A DNA stretch of 64,000 nucleotides from an uncultured bacterium (GTDB taxonomy: Bacteria; Zixibacteria; MSB-5A5; CAIYYT01), in contig CAVSCK010000004.1 in assembly GCA_963726455.1 (NCBI GenBank), forward strand, positions 544,001-608,000, written 5' to 3'. The position numbers and the translations under genes were made by a program. The notes below the pieces were generated by a model. It had not been told where the DNA came from. It made no database searches and saw only the letters and a program-made list of their open reading frames with translations. Of the stretch, positions 9,496-19,317 are shown piece after piece; the first letter of the stretch is position 1, and the number at the start of each line of letters is the position of its first letter.

Positions 9496-9860
9496 GGATC
9501 TTCTCTCGAATCACTGTACTTTGCGCCGCAGTACGGGCAGAATGTGAACTGTCTGAATGGAGAACGTTGGATTACTGAGCGGTTACAGGTATCACAGAAA
9601 TGTGTCATCCTGAATTGCAGAAAAGCAATTAAGATTAATGAGGGAACAAACAACACAAAGGCGACCGCAGGCGCATGAAACAGAGCCAAGAACAAAACAA
9701 GAACAGCCGCCCCAACCACGTACGACAACGCTAGCAGGCGCTTCTTGAATTGGGTATTCCTGGCGAAGCGATACGCAAATGTACCCGCGATGATGGCTGC
9801 CGCAACAAGAAGCAGCAGAATCGTAAGTAGCTGGTCAGACGGAAACGAAGTGTTCGCCAT
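9492..9860 (-). CDS. small membrane protein with C-terminal zinc ribbon
   Basis: Three TM segments, then CDTC...CPYC; start chosen at MANTSF (GGAG upstream). Confidence 0.65.
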   Translation of the reverse strand: MANTSFPSDQLLTILLLLVAAAIIAGTFAYRFARNTQFKKRLLALSYVVGAAVLVLFLALFHAPAVAFVLFVPSLILIAFLQFRMTHFCDTCNRSVIQRSPFRQFTFCPYCGAKYSDSREDP

Positions 9861-10053
9861 CAAGGTTCTCCGATGCTGAGATTCGTTTCCACTAAGATAA
9901 CCGCCGATAGTTGATAATACAAGCGATTTGCCGGTCACCGCCTGAGGCCTACGGCGCGTGAGTGGCGGCGCTAGGCAGAAAGGGCTGCCAGACGATTGTC
10001 AAGACCGAAGCGGTTTTTGCCTACAGAACTTCTGGACGTGGCTGCGCGGCGAA

Positions 10054-10405
10054 GTCATTCCCACGAAAGTGGGAATCCAGGCTTATTTGTAGGATGGTGA
10101 CAAATCTTTCCAAGTCGGATTGAAGTCCTCGATGAGTTCCAGTTTCCACTGGCGATTCCATTTCTTCAGTTGTTTCTCCCGCACAATTGCCTGATAGGCA
10201 TCTTCGCAAGTCTCATAGTAAACGAGCAAGTGTGCCTGATACCTCTTCGTGAAGCCGTCGATGAGATCGTTCTTGTGTTCATAGACGCGGCGATTCAGGT
10301 CGCTGGTGACGCCGATATAGAGTGTGCCGTTACGTCTGCTGGCCATGATGTATACGAAGTATTGTTTCATTAGTCAGCCTGGATTCCCACTTTCGTGGGA
10401 ATGAC
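10054..10405 (-). mobile_element. GIY-YIG mini-element copy 2
   Basis: Same 28-bp inverted repeats (10054-10081, 10378-10405); homology to copy 1 ends at the repeat ends. Confidence 0.7.
10083..10370 (-). CDS. small GIY-YIG nuclease, copy 2
   Basis: 7 nt and 3 aa differences from copy 1 by manual count. Confidence 0.95.
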   Translation of the reverse strand: MKQYFVYIMASRRNGTLYIGVTSDLNRRVYEHKNDLIDGFTKRYQAHLLVYYETCEDAYQAIVREKQLKKWNRQWKLELIEDFNPTWKDLSPSYK

Positions 10406-10610
10406 AACCCCGCCGAACACTGGATTCCCGCCTGCGCGGGAATGACACGAAGCGCGAGCACTGGATTCCCACTTTCGTGGGAATGACAACCCCGCCGAAC
10501 ACTGGATTCCCGCCTGCGCGGGAATGACACGAAGCGCGAGCACTGGATTCCCACTTTCGTGGGAATGACAACCCCGCCGAAAACTGGGTTCCCACTTTCA
10601 TGGGAATGAC
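10380..10610. repeat. tandem array of six 26-bp palindromes with alternating 15-bp linkers (41-bp period)
   Basis: Units start at 10380, 10421, 10462, 10503, 10544, 10585; linkers aaccccgccgaacac and acgaagcgcgagcac alternate. Confidence 0.95.
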
Positions 10611-10617
10611 GCGAGGC

Positions 10618-11748
10618 TCACCCTCCCAGCGCTTTCCTGGTGAACTTGCCGCGCAACTCGGGGATGACGAATTCGCCGTCCTTGCGGATGAGACGATTGT
10701 CGAACCAGATTTCGCCGCCGCCGTAATCCTTGCGCTGGATCAATACCAAGTCCCAGTGGATCGCCGACTTGTTGCCGTTGGGGGCTTCGTCGTAGCACTG
10801 GCCGGGTGTCAGGTGAATCGAGCCGTCGATCTTTTCGTCGAACAGCGTGTCCTTCATCGGTTCCTTGACCATCGGGTTGACGCCGATCGCAAATTCGCCG
10901 ATATAGCGCGCGCCGGCATCGGTGTCGAGAAGTTGGTTCATCTTCTTGTTGTCAACGGAATTGGTGGCCTTGACGATCTTGCCGTTCTTGAATTCGAAGC
11001 GGATGTTCTCGAAAACGGTGCCTTCTTCGAGCGAGGGCGTGTTGTAATGAATGACGCCGTTGATCGAATCGCGCACGGGCGCAGTGTAGACCTCGCCGTC
11101 GGGAATGTTGCGGTGGCCGTCACACTTGACGGGCGGGATGCCTTTGATCGAGAAAGTCAGGTCGGTGTCGCCGGGACCCTTGATATGGACTTTGTTGGTG
11201 CGCTTCATCAGTTTGATCAGCGGGTCCATCGCGCGGGACATTTTGGCATAGTCGATGTTGCAGACGTCGTAGTAATATTTCTCGAACACTTCCTGCGGCT
11301 GCTGAGCGAGTTGCGCCATAGCGTCATTGGGATAGCGGAGCACGACCCAGCGGGAACGCTTGACGCGCTGATAGAGATGCACCGGTTTGTAATAGAGGGA
11401 GTTCCAAAGCTTCATCTTGGCGCCGGAGACATCGTTCAGGTCGAACGGATTGCTGGAGCCACGGATGCCGATGTAGCATTGCGCCTGCTTCATTATAGAT
11501 AGATGGAATTTGGCGAACTGCCGGATTTGCGTTTCGTTGTTGCCGAGCAGAAACTGACGGATGATGGATTCGTCATTATAGTACCAGAAGGGGACGCCGC
11601 CGGCTTTGGTGACTCTGCGAATGACGCTTTTGCCCAACTCCATGGTGGGGACGCCTTTCATTTCGACATAAACAAGCTCGCCTTTCTTGACCTGGCAGGA
11701 ATAGTTGACGAGGATATCGGCGAGTTTGTCATTGCGGGGATCGATCAC
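10618..11748 (-). CDS. aminopeptidase, M29 (AmpS/PepS-type)
   Basis: NIPDGEVYTAP, GARYIGEFAIGVN, LFDEKIDGSIHLTPG, NKSAIHWD. Confidence 0.95.
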   Translation of the reverse strand: MIDPRNDKLADILVNYSCQVKKGELVYVEMKGVPTMELGKSVIRRVTKAGGVPFWYYNDESIIRQFLLGNNETQIRQFAKFHLSIMKQAQCYIGIRGSSNPFDLNDVSGAKMKLWNSLYYKPVHLYQRVKRSRWVVLRYPNDAMAQLAQQPQEVFEKYYYDVCNIDYAKMSRAMDPLIKLMKRTNKVHIKGPGDTDLTFSIKGIPPVKCDGHRNIPDGEVYTAPVRDSINGVIHYNTPSLEEGTVFENIRFEFKNGKIVKATNSVDNKKMNQLLDTDAGARYIGEFAIGVNPMVKEPMKDTLFDEKIDGSIHLTPGQCYDEAPNGNKSAIHWDLVLIQRKDYGGGEIWFDNRLIRKDGEFVIPELRGKFTRKALGG

Positions 11749-11846
11749 GGATTACCTCCTGAAGTAGTTGTGAATCTCTTTGGCAGTAAATAATTGCGGC
11801 GAGAGGCAAAAATCAATTATAATCGCTGGAGAAAGGTTGGAGGGGC

Positions 11847-12136
11847 GTCAGGTCACACCAATCGCGGGGCGATTGGCAGGACCTGACGCAACGAAGAATG
11901 AAGCAGTCAGGTCAATTGCGCAAGACACACCCCTTGATCCCCTCTCAAGAGGGGAAAGAACGATTGTACACCAATCGCGGGGTGATTGGCAGGACCTGAC
12001 GCAACAGGGACAATACATGATGGTTGCGGGCGTGGTGAGAAGAAGACGGCGCAAGACACACCCCTTGATCCCCTCTCAAGAGGGGAAAGAACGATTGTAG
12101 ACCAATCGCGGGGCGATTGGCAGGACCTGACGCAAC
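11847..12136. repeat. composite intergenic repeat cluster (131-bp period) built from two palindromic families
   Basis: Three copies of ccaatcgcgggg(c/t)gattggcaggacctgacgcaac alternate with two copies of gcgcaagacacaccccttgatcccctctcaagaggggaaagaacgattgta (11918, 12049). Confidence 0.9.
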
Positions 12137-12150
12137 GCTGAGCGAGGAGA

Positions 12151-13833
12151 ATGGTGCGAAGAAGACGCCCACAAGGGGCTAGACTACAAGCGTTGATTGC
12201 GGCAACGATATTGATGTTGCTCGTGGGATGTGCGAAGGAATTGCCGCCACCGGGCGGGCCGCCGGATGTGACGCCGCCGTCCATATTGACGACGGTGCCT
12301 GCGGAGGGCGACACGATGGTACCGCTGGATGCGAAGATCAGGGTCAAGTTTTCGGAGCGGGTGGCGCAGAAGTCGGTGCTGAATGCGTTTTCGATTTCGC
12401 CGCCGTTGAAGACCGAACCGCGCGTGAAAGTGCGCAGCGACGAATTGCAGATCAGTCCGGCAGCGAATCTGGAACCGGATCGGACGTACGTGGTGAGCAT
12501 CGGGTCATCGCTGACTGATTTGAACGGCAACAAGCTAGCGAGTTCGCTGGCGTTTGCGTTTTCGACAGGGCATCGGATAGATTCGGCATCGGTGATGGGG
12601 ATTGTCTATAATCAGCAGAGGCCGGAGCCGAATTTCCGGGTGTTCGCGTACGAGATGAAACCGTGGCTGTTCGATTCGCTGTTTGCGGTGATGCCGGAGT
12701 ATATCACCGAAACCGGCAGGGATGGGAAGTTCAATTTGCAGTACATGCGCGCCGGCGAGTACCTGGTGCTGGGTGTCGAGGACAAGGACCGTGACAACAA
12801 GATAAATGGACAGTCGGAGCGGCTGGCGTTTCCGATTCGACCGGCGGTGGCTTCGCAAGTTGTGGATAGCTTGAATCTGTATCCTTTATATATGACGCGT
12901 TTCGATTCGCTCAACTTCGCGCTGATCAATTGCCGGGGAACAGCCGGCGCCGTGACGATGCAATTTTCGGGCGGCAAGTTGGACGCGAGCAGAGTTAGCC
13001 GGGATTCGATCTCGATTCGCTCGTCGACGGGCGCGACCTTTGCGCCGTTGACGGTGATGAATTTCGTGCCGGAGACCGACAAACTGCACCTGTGGAGCGA
13101 CAGTCTGCTGCCGGATTCGTCGTATCATATCACGATAATAGGAATGGTCAGTCTGGAGGGTCGGCATCTGGCGGGTGATACCGCATCATGCGACGTCAGA
13201 CTGCGCGAACTCGACAAGGAGAAACCGTCGATCATTTCGCGCACACCGCCCGACACCCGGTCGATCATCCTGCCGGCGGAGACATTGGCGGTTGTCTTCT
13301 CCGAGCCGATGACGATTCAACCGAACGCGGCAAGTATCATTGTCGACACCGCGTTGACGCTCTCGCTGCGGAGTGTGTTGCACGAGGGAACGGAATATCA
13401 GTTCATACCGGCGGATACGCTGCCGCAAAATCGCAAATTGAAATTCGTGCTTCATAACAGAATGGTGGCTGATCTTTACGGGAATTCGCCGGCGGACTCA
13501 TTATATATGTTTGAGTTCACGGTTGGCAGTCCGGACTCGCTGGGGACGTTGACCGGCACGATCGAAAGTGATGATACCGTCACGATCATTCTGAACGGAA
13601 TTGTGCGGAAATTACAGTATACATTCCTGCACCAGGGAACAGCTCCATATCGGTGGGAACTGTATCCCGATAGCTACACACTGTACAGCTATGCCGACAA
13701 GAATCACAACCACAGGTGGGATTTGGGATCGTTGATTCCGTTCACGTACGCCGAGCCGGCCTGGATTGAGGCCGACACGATCAAGATCAGAGCGCGTTTC
13801 GAACGCGAGGGCTTTGACTTGAAGATAAAGTAG
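12151..13833 (+). CDS. Ig-like (Big_5-type) domain lipoprotein
   Basis: Lipobox LLVGC, 'PPGGPPDVTPP', two Big_5-like units; exact start uncertain. Confidence 0.85.
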   Translation: MVRRRRPQGARLQALIAATILMLLVGCAKELPPPGGPPDVTPPSILTTVPAEGDTMVPLDAKIRVKFSERVAQKSVLNAFSISPPLKTEPRVKVRSDELQISPAANLEPDRTYVVSIGSSLTDLNGNKLASSLAFAFSTGHRIDSASVMGIVYNQQRPEPNFRVFAYEMKPWLFDSLFAVMPEYITETGRDGKFNLQYMRAGEYLVLGVEDKDRDNKINGQSERLAFPIRPAVASQVVDSLNLYPLYMTRFDSLNFALINCRGTAGAVTMQFSGGKLDASRVSRDSISIRSSTGATFAPLTVMNFVPETDKLHLWSDSLLPDSSYHITIIGMVSLEGRHLAGDTASCDVRLRELDKEKPSIISRTPPDTRSIILPAETLAVVFSEPMTIQPNAASIIVDTALTLSLRSVLHEGTEYQFIPADTLPQNRKLKFVLHNRMVADLYGNSPADSLYMFEFTVGSPDSLGTLTGTIESDDTVTIILNGIVRKLQYTFLHQGTAPYRWELYPDSYTLYSYADKNHNHRWDLGSLIPFTYAEPAWIEADTIKIRARFEREGFDLKIK

Positions 13834-13846
13834 CAGGAGTTGAGAT

Positions 13847-14914
13847 ATGTTTGAAGGATTTGGTTTGCCTGCCTGGCTGGTGGAAATATTTAACGGCGCG
13901 GCGATGATCGTTGCGGCGGTGTTCATCGCCGGCTTGCTGGTGGTAATACTCAATTTCGTCAAGAAACATCTGATCAAAGCAACGACGCGCGAGCTCAACA
14001 GCCAGGTACTGGATGCGATCAAGCGGCCGGCTTTGTGGCTTTTGGTATTCGGCGCGCTGGCGATTATCGCGCACCGGCTGGAGGCGCGTTTCCCGGAAGA
14101 GAACAAGCTGCTGTTCAGAATACTGGGCAGTGTGATTTTTGTCGGGACGGCGACGGTCGTCACCTTCCTGCTGCTGCGGCTGGTGCGGATATTCACAACC
14201 TGGTATGCGCGCTCAGTCGCCGCGCGCACGGAAAGCAAGATCGACGATCATCTACTGCCAATCGCGCATCGGGTGATGAAGATCGTGATTTTCGTGATAG
14301 CCGCGGTGACGATTCTCGATCATTTCAAGGTCGATGTCAAAGGATTGCTGGCGGTACTCGGTGTCGGGTCATTGGCGATTGCTCTGGCGGCTCAGGACAC
14401 GATAGCGAACATGATCTCGGGCTTCATTATAATGTTGGACCGACCGTTCCGCGAGGGTGACCGGGTGGTATTGCCGTCGGGGGAGACGGTGGACGTGTAC
14501 GACATCGGCATTCGTTCCAGCAAGTTTCTGACCTTCGACAATACGCTGATCGTGGTTCCGAATAACGATCTGGTGAAGTCAAAGATTACGAACATGTCGT
14601 ATCCAGACGAACCGGTGCAGGTCAAAATCGACCTGGGGGTGGCGTACGGCAGTGACATCGAGAAGGTAAAGGCGGTACTTGTCAAAGCCGCGAGTGAACA
14701 TCGGGCGGTGTCAGCAGAGCCAAAACCGGTGGCATCGTTCGTGAGTTTCGGCGATTCGGCCCTGAAATTCCAGTTGGCGTGTCGGGTGGCGAAGCTCTCG
14801 GATCAGGCCGCAGCGGGCGAGGACCTTCGGTGTCGGATTTATCGGGATCTGGCGGAGGCAGGGATCGAAATACCATTCCCGCGCCGGGTTGTATATTTGC
14901 GTAAGGATGAATAG
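13847..14914 (+). CDS. MscS family mechanosensitive channel
   Basis: ALAAQDTIANMISG...DRPFREGDRV...IGIRSS...VPN; IEIPFP. Confidence 0.95.
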   Translation: MFEGFGLPAWLVEIFNGAAMIVAAVFIAGLLVVILNFVKKHLIKATTRELNSQVLDAIKRPALWLLVFGALAIIAHRLEARFPEENKLLFRILGSVIFVGTATVVTFLLLRLVRIFTTWYARSVAARTESKIDDHLLPIAHRVMKIVIFVIAAVTILDHFKVDVKGLLAVLGVGSLAIALAAQDTIANMISGFIIMLDRPFREGDRVVLPSGETVDVYDIGIRSSKFLTFDNTLIVVPNNDLVKSKITNMSYPDEPVQVKIDLGVAYGSDIEKVKAVLVKAASEHRAVSAEPKPVASFVSFGDSALKFQLACRVAKLSDQAAAGEDLRCRIYRDLAEAGIEIPFPRRVVYLRKDE

Positions 14915-15054
14915 CTCAGAGTCAGCTTCACGGGAGGGCCTAGGAAACTTTGAACATATTGAATCTGCGACATTGCATTGACAATGGCGTTTAACGCTAT
15001 ATATTTTCGTACGTCTTTGTGATATTGATTGTTATTGACACTCATTAACTTGCG

Positions 15055-18000
15055 GTGAAATTGAAAAGATTGATTCTGTCAGCAATGCTGGCAATGTCCC
15101 TGTCCTCGGCCACATGGGCGCAGGACAAAAGCTGGCCTGACCTGCAATCTCTGGAGCAGTTGTCTCCGGCGACTGGAACGGTGAGCCAGTTGACGGTGAT
15201 TGCGCAACCCGATACAGCGGGCGCAACGTCGGTCTATTCGGTCAACTTCGTAGTGAACGGCGACACGCTGCAGCCCGCTGCGAATGTGTTGGTCTTCTTT
15301 CCGGCCGGGTTTGGACTGAATCAGATTGACTCGGCCACGTTCATCGACGATGACCTGAACACAGAAAACTATTCAATAGATAGCGTCGTGGTTTCCGGCC
15401 AGCAGGTGAGAGCCAAGCTGTCGGCTTACGGTATTGCGCCGGCGATGGGAAGCAGAATCACGATCAAGTTTTACGGCATCACTAACAATACGCTGGCAGG
15501 AAACTATCAGGTCTCGCTTGCCATTCTGGACAAAGAGGGGGATTTGATTGCGGCGCCGACCTGGTCGTCGACCTTCACGATTCGCGCCGCTGACTTGTAT
15601 TTATTTGACTTGTTTCCACACGGTATTCAACAGGTGCACGCCGGCACGACACTACTTTATTATGTCGTGACCCAGGACAAATTCGGGAACGCGGTGACCG
15701 CGCAGCCGATTGTCTGGAGTGTGTTAGGAGTGCCGACGCAGACCGGAACCATCGTCGACGGGAGTTTCCAGGCGAAGTTTACCGGAGCGTCGAAGATCAT
15801 TGCGACATACCAAACTTTCGCGGACACCAGCAGTCTGGTTTACGTTCTGCCGGGAGTGTTTGCGCATTTCGAATTCAGCGGCGGTCCGGATTCAATCATA
15901 GCCGGACAGCACTGGGCCAACGGAACTCAGGACGTTACTGCAATTGCCCGCGATCTGTTTGAAAATGTGAATTACGACTATGCCGGGCAGGTCTATTTCG
16001 AATCGACTGACCCGCAGGCACTGCTGCCGTATACCGTGGCGTCGAAGTATCAATTCATTCCGGCGGATCAGGGACGGCATGTGTTTCCGGGTTCGGGATT
16101 TGCGCTCTATACCGCCGGACGGCAGGATCTCCGATTGGTCAAAGCTGACACGGTGATGGGAACGATCCGCGCGATCACAGTGTTGCCGGCGGCTCCGGCG
16201 ACTTACAATTTCTCGGCGCCGGACACAGTAGTGGCAGGGCATTCATTTACGGTGTCAGTCAGCGGAGCGGCAGACACCTGGGGTAACGCCGTATCGGGCC
16301 AGGCGGACATTAATCTGGCTACGGGCAACGGCGCCGCGCCATCGGGAGCATTGCCGTCATTGCCATCGTTCTTTGTGGGAAACGGCTCTGGTTCGGGCTC
16401 GGTCATGCTGGTCAAGGCAGGGAGCGCGTCGATTCAGTTACATCTCGGCGGAGTGACATCGACGAAAGCGGTGTATGCACGACCGGATACGTTGGCGCGA
16501 TTCGATTTTGCGCTTGATGGAACACAGACGACCGGTCGTCCGTTCATCGGAACGGCTCAACTGACCGCCTACGATCAATTTGACAACAAAGTCGACTGGT
16601 TCAACGCCGCACAGGATACCGTAACTATTCATTGCAGCGGTTCGGGGTCTGTTATCAACGGGCGCATCGTCACGGCGGCAGCGTTCGTCAAGGGCGTTTG
16701 CGATCTCAAGACTATCGGTACCGGCTATTCGGGCACCGACTTCTTTGCGATATTCTATGCAACGTCGCAGTCGGGCAAGCAGAGCAATTCGCAGGGCGTG
16801 GAATTCTCATTTCTCAAGATTACCGGCGGCAATCTCACGGAACCCACGAGGTATGTGGGAGACACCTTCAATTTTCGGCTGACGATCTCTGATTTTGGCA
16901 GCCAGCCGGGTATGATCGATTCGCTGCGGTTGTATGTGGGTGGAACGAGAACCACGTACTCGACATTGGACAGGAATCTTCCTGACACGATACCGGCATT
17001 ATCAAATCATGTGTTCACTTTCACCGGAGTAGTGCCCAATCGTCCCAATGAAGCTCTGGCAATTGCTGCGAAGTTTTTCGGGCATGCCGCCGGAGCGAGC
17101 GTAACGGATTCAGTTGGAAATCTGGCAACGTTAACAGTGTTGCCACTGACCGGGATCGGAGTGACGTCGTCGACGTTGGCGCCGCTGCAAGTGACACGTG
17201 ACCGGGAATATGCATTCAGCGTTAGCGTGTTCAATAATAGCGGGGATGACCTGCATCTGACGACAGTAACGAAACTGATTTTGCCGGAAGCTGCCACGTA
17301 TCTGTTGGCCAGCCCAATCGTCGTCGCCGCAAACGGTGGCACGGCGCAGGTGGATTTCGTGAAAGCAGTGGTACCTGACAGTTCGCCGAGTTTAATCTCG
17401 GAAATCAGCGTGGAACTGGTCGGAACTCTCGGGAGTGTGACATACGATCAGGTATTCCCAATTGCGGCCATAGTCGTTACGCAATCCGCTCCGTCGCTTA
17501 CATACAACGGGGGGACACTGACGCCGACGACGCTATTCAGAGGCCGGAATGTCGCGATTGCCCTGGGTGTGATCAATAGCGGGCAGGCGACGCTGGCTGT
17601 CAATGTCGCGACGGCGGAACTGTCGCTGTTGGCGGGAAGCCGCGTGGTATCGACGCTCGTGGATACGAATCAACTCAGTCTTGCAAGCGGCGGCACTAAT
17701 CTAAGATTCAGGCCGGTATTTGTTCCGGCAGATTTTCCGACCACGGTTGACTCGATCACGGTTGATATTGCCGGAACTGCCAACGGCTACGATGAGGTCT
17801 TTCACATTAAGATACAGGGGAACACGGTCACGATACCGGGTGGCGCCGCAGTGCAACTCATGGGGACGGAAATTATCGCTCATAATGCGCCGTACGTCGA
17901 TGTCGACCAAGCGTTCCTGTTCCATGCCACTGTTCGCAATCAGGGTGACGAACCGCTGCAACATGTGTCGATCAACCTGACCAGCGACGGATCCTCGGGA

Positions 18001-19317
18001 TTCGCGGGAACGATCAACATTGAACTACTGCCAGTCGAGGCCGAGTCGACCGTCACATTTGCAGTGACGGCTTCACAGACGCCGCAATCCTCGGAGTTGT
18101 TCAGCGCGCAGATCGTTTCGGCTACCGGCTCCAACTCGGGATTGGCGGGGCAAGTGCTGCCGGGTCTCAATGCAACGCAGGCAGTGGTGATTCAGTCGCC
18201 GGCGCTGTTGCGTCTGGTGTCAACCATTGCCTCGCCACCTGATGCGCAGATTGGCACAGTCGGTCCATCGACGGCGTTCGCCTTTGGCGCAGTGGTGTTG
18301 AACAACGGTCAGGCAGGTGCAGGCAGCGGTGAGGTGACGCTGCGGCAGTTGAAAGGTTCGTTCACATTGCCGGCGCAGTTGACTCAAACATTCGCGATTG
18401 ACCAAAACGTCACCTGGAATCTTACATCACCGGCGACGCCGGATACGGGAATATTCGAGATTGCGATAACCAGCATTCCGCAGGATAACAACACCGGCGC
18501 TGGGGCATTGGTAGCCCGGAGTGCAGACACAATAACGGTTGCCGTTGCGGAGCAGCAGGTGGTCATCGGTGTTGATTATTCGCCGGCAGCGTCAACATTG
18601 TATCTGACCGGCGCGACGGTCAACATTCTGAGCTTCGCATTTGATGTGGTCGGGGCGTCACGAAATCCATATTTGAAATACATCGAATTTGCATTGCGTG
18701 ACCGCAACGACCAGGAAATCAGTCCTGCGTCCGTGTTGTCGAGCGCATACCTTGACTACAACGGGCAGTACAACCTCACGGCGCAACCGGTCGGAAATCA
18801 TTTGCGGTTCACTATGCAGCCAACGTTCGGACTGCCGGAAACTGCAATCCTGCAGATTATTGTCCGGGTGGATCCGTCGGTGTTCGATGCTGCGATCTAT
18901 CTCGATTCAAATTCGTTTGCTGCGGAATATGCCACGGCCGGAACCCCGCTACCGGTACCGGTCATACCGAGGTTTGCGTCGAAGTTGGTGATCCACCAGC
19001 CGTTTACGCTGGTGCAATCATCGTTGGAGCAGTCGTTCTTCTCATATCCGAATCCGTTCTCGCCGTTGACGGGTAAAGCGACGTTCGTCTACAGTCCGTC
19101 GGCGGACAAGCCGGCGACACTGAAGATCTACACATTGACCGGCGAAGAGGTCTGGAGTCAGTCTATCCCAGCTCCCGTATCTCTGAATGATCCGGTGACT
19201 GTCGAATGGGATGGCCGGAACAAAGACAATATCGTTGTGCTGAACGGCGTCTATATCGCGGTGTTAACTGTCGAAAGTGCGGTTGAACTTCGAACGAAAG
19301 TTGCAGTGGTGAAGTGA
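15055..19317 (+). CDS. large secreted beta-sandwich repeat protein with FlgD-Ig/T9SS-like C-terminal domain
   Basis: Signal peptide; C-terminus 'YPNPFSP...LKIYTLTGEEV...WDGRN...NGVYI...KVAVVK'; TTGACA promoter near 14978. Confidence 0.85.
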   Translation: MKLKRLILSAMLAMSLSSATWAQDKSWPDLQSLEQLSPATGTVSQLTVIAQPDTAGATSVYSVNFVVNGDTLQPAANVLVFFPAGFGLNQIDSATFIDDDLNTENYSIDSVVVSGQQVRAKLSAYGIAPAMGSRITIKFYGITNNTLAGNYQVSLAILDKEGDLIAAPTWSSTFTIRAADLYLFDLFPHGIQQVHAGTTLLYYVVTQDKFGNAVTAQPIVWSVLGVPTQTGTIVDGSFQAKFTGASKIIATYQTFADTSSLVYVLPGVFAHFEFSGGPDSIIAGQHWANGTQDVTAIARDLFENVNYDYAGQVYFESTDPQALLPYTVASKYQFIPADQGRHVFPGSGFALYTAGRQDLRLVKADTVMGTIRAITVLPAAPATYNFSAPDTVVAGHSFTVSVSGAADTWGNAVSGQADINLATGNGAAPSGALPSLPSFFVGNGSGSGSVMLVKAGSASIQLHLGGVTSTKAVYARPDTLARFDFALDGTQTTGRPFIGTAQLTAYDQFDNKVDWFNAAQDTVTIHCSGSGSVINGRIVTAAAFVKGVCDLKTIGTGYSGTDFFAIFYATSQSGKQSNSQGVEFSFLKITGGNLTEPTRYVGDTFNFRLTISDFGSQPGMIDSLRLYVGGTRTTYSTLDRNLPDTIPALSNHVFTFTGVVPNRPNEALAIAAKFFGHAAGASVTDSVGNLATLTVLPLTGIGVTSSTLAPLQVTRDREYAFSVSVFNNSGDDLHLTTVTKLILPEAATYLLASPIVVAANGGTAQVDFVKAVVPDSSPSLISEISVELVGTLGSVTYDQVFPIAAIVVTQSAPSLTYNGGTLTPTTLFRGRNVAIALGVINSGQATLAVNVATAELSLLAGSRVVSTLVDTNQLSLASGGTNLRFRPVFVPADFPTTVDSITVDIAGTANGYDEVFHIKIQGNTVTIPGGAAVQLMGTEIIAHNAPYVDVDQAFLFHATVRNQGDEPLQHVSINLTSDGSSGFAGTINIELLPVEAESTVTFAVTASQTPQSSELFSAQIVSATGSNSGLAGQVLPGLNATQAVVIQSPALLRLVSTIASPPDAQIGTVGPSTAFAFGAVVLNNGQAGAGSGEVTLRQLKGSFTLPAQLTQTFAIDQNVTWNLTSPATPDTGIFEIAITSIPQDNNTGAGALVARSADTITVAVAEQQVVIGVDYSPAASTLYLTGATVNILSFAFDVVGASRNPYLKYIEFALRDRNDQEISPASVLSSAYLDYNGQYNLTAQPVGNHLRFTMQPTFGLPETAILQIIVRVDPSVFDAAIYLDSNSFAAEYATAGTPLPVPVIPRFASKLVIHQPFTLVQSSLEQSFFSYPNPFSPLTGKATFVYSPSADKPATLKIYTLTGEEVWSQSIPAPVSLNDPVTVEWDGRNKDNIVVLNGVYIAVLTVESAVELRTKVAVVK

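Noticed and set aside
10380-10610. CRISPR array
   Set aside because: Linkers are only 15 bp and repeat alternately, the repeats come in two variants and occur dispersed elsewhere, and there are no cas genes in the window.
10600-11502. 300-aa plus-strand ORF (and similar long antisense ORFs, e.g. 42974-43762, 36501-37370)
   Set aside because: Shadow ORFs opposite well-supported genes, with no recognisable motifs.
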